16,162 bases of DNA. It comes from Candidatus Moanibacter sp. (lineage in GTDB: Bacteria > Verrucomicrobiota > Verrucomicrobiia > Opitutales > UBA2987). This document shows positions 15,439-16,162 of the stretch, one piece after another; positions within the stretch are counted from its first letter, which is position 1; every line of letters starts with the position of its first letter. The DNA lies in the NCBI GenBank assembly GCA_965215885.1, contig CBDCEW010000043.1:1-16162 (forward strand). The letters are read 5' to 3'. The notes beneath the pieces are model-generated. The model was not told the DNA's origin. It made no database searches and saw only the letters and a list, made by a program, of their open reading frames with translations. The translations under genes and the position numbers were made by a program.

Positions 15439-16162
15439 GTCGTGAACTGAATCCATTCGACGGTTCGGGGGACTCATTGCAGGTAGGGCTCATGACAGGG
15501 CGTGATCTAAAATCGAAATGGGGAAAATCGACTGGAGATTACGATTGAGAGGCACGACGGGAGACGATGGAACTGTTAGATCTACCCGTCGTGGATCATA
15601 ATCGTAATCTAGAGTAGAAAGAAGAAAGGATCGACAAGAGATCACGATTGAGAGTCACTATGGGAGAGGGAGGTTGGAAAGACGCGGAGACGTGGGGACA
15701 TGGAGACGGGGAGAGGGAGAGAGGGGGAATTGTTAGATCTTCCGTCGTGAATCATAATCGTGATCTAAAATCGAAAAGAGAAGATCGACAAGAGATCACG
15801 ATTGAGAGTCACGATGGAGAGGAATGAACTGTTCGAACTTCCCGTCGTGATCTAAAATCGAAACGGATTCGACAAGGTTCGGGACCCGTCGTCGTTGCGC
15901 TTTGCCGAGGCATGCAAGGTTTCCCTTTAGGGTGGTCGGGCCCAAAGGGAAGAGGAAACTCAACGGAGGAGCTCGATTCACCTCTGTTTAACCCTCGTCG
16001 CAAACCTTGTCGAGAACCTTGTCGATGAGTCTGTCGGACTCTACTATAAGGCAGGATTCTTGCCCAAACCTCGTCGTAATCTTTGTCGTCAACTTCGTCG
16101 CACGAAGGATTACGACCATCGACTACAATTATGACTGCGACCTTCGATCGTGTAGTGAGTCG
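15439..16162. repeat. Modular intergenic repeat array B, same orientation as array A
   Basis: Hairpin units at 15439-15559, 15587-15662, 15743-15816 and a partial one at 15843-15873; purine module 15662-15728; linkers gaa(c/t)tgtt(a/c)ga(t/a)ct; shared module 15869-15960; 12-mer triplets at 15990 and 16066. May continue past the window end. Confidence 0.9.
15453..15500 (+). repeat. Micro-element with a second degenerate copy nested inside it
   Basis: ccattcgacgg[ttcgggggactcattgcaggta]gggctcatgacaggg sits between gaat and cgtgatct. Confidence 0.65.

Noticed and set aside
15439..15873. Integron attC sites
   Set aside because: No RYYYAAC/GTTRRRY core boxes at the hairpin ends, no cassette ORFs between units, no integrase.

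Overview
GC-rich bacterial window with two overlapping stories. (1) A carbohydrate-catabolic block: two paralogous Asp-box/BNR (sialidase-like) beta-propeller proteins, two paralogous ~900-aa proteins resembling the PcRGLX/YetA (PL26 exo-rhamnogalacturonan lyase-like) family, two NAD(P)-dependent epimerase/uronate-dehydrogenase-like SDRs and a convergent aldo/keto reductase. (2) Intergenic DNA dense with nested mobile or repetitive elements. These include a complete 1892-bp ISAs1-family element with a 10-bp target duplication and an N-terminal DUF4338/DruA-like domain, sitting inside an older ~286-bp TIR-bounded MITE. There are also two 178-bp MITE copies, one of which rewrote the reductase C-terminus, and GTAG-type REP pairs with GNRA-capped hairpins. 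Finally, two co-oriented modular repeat arrays (1238-2245 and 15439-16162) are built from ~75-nt hairpins, purine-rich modules and 12-mer triplets, and 24-30-nt micro-elements have inserted into them repeatedly at the same symmetric site, once inside another copy. This site-specific micro-insertion hierarchy is the most unusual feature; no enzyme that could mobilise it is visible in the window. Family assignments come from motif recognition by eye, not from database searches.
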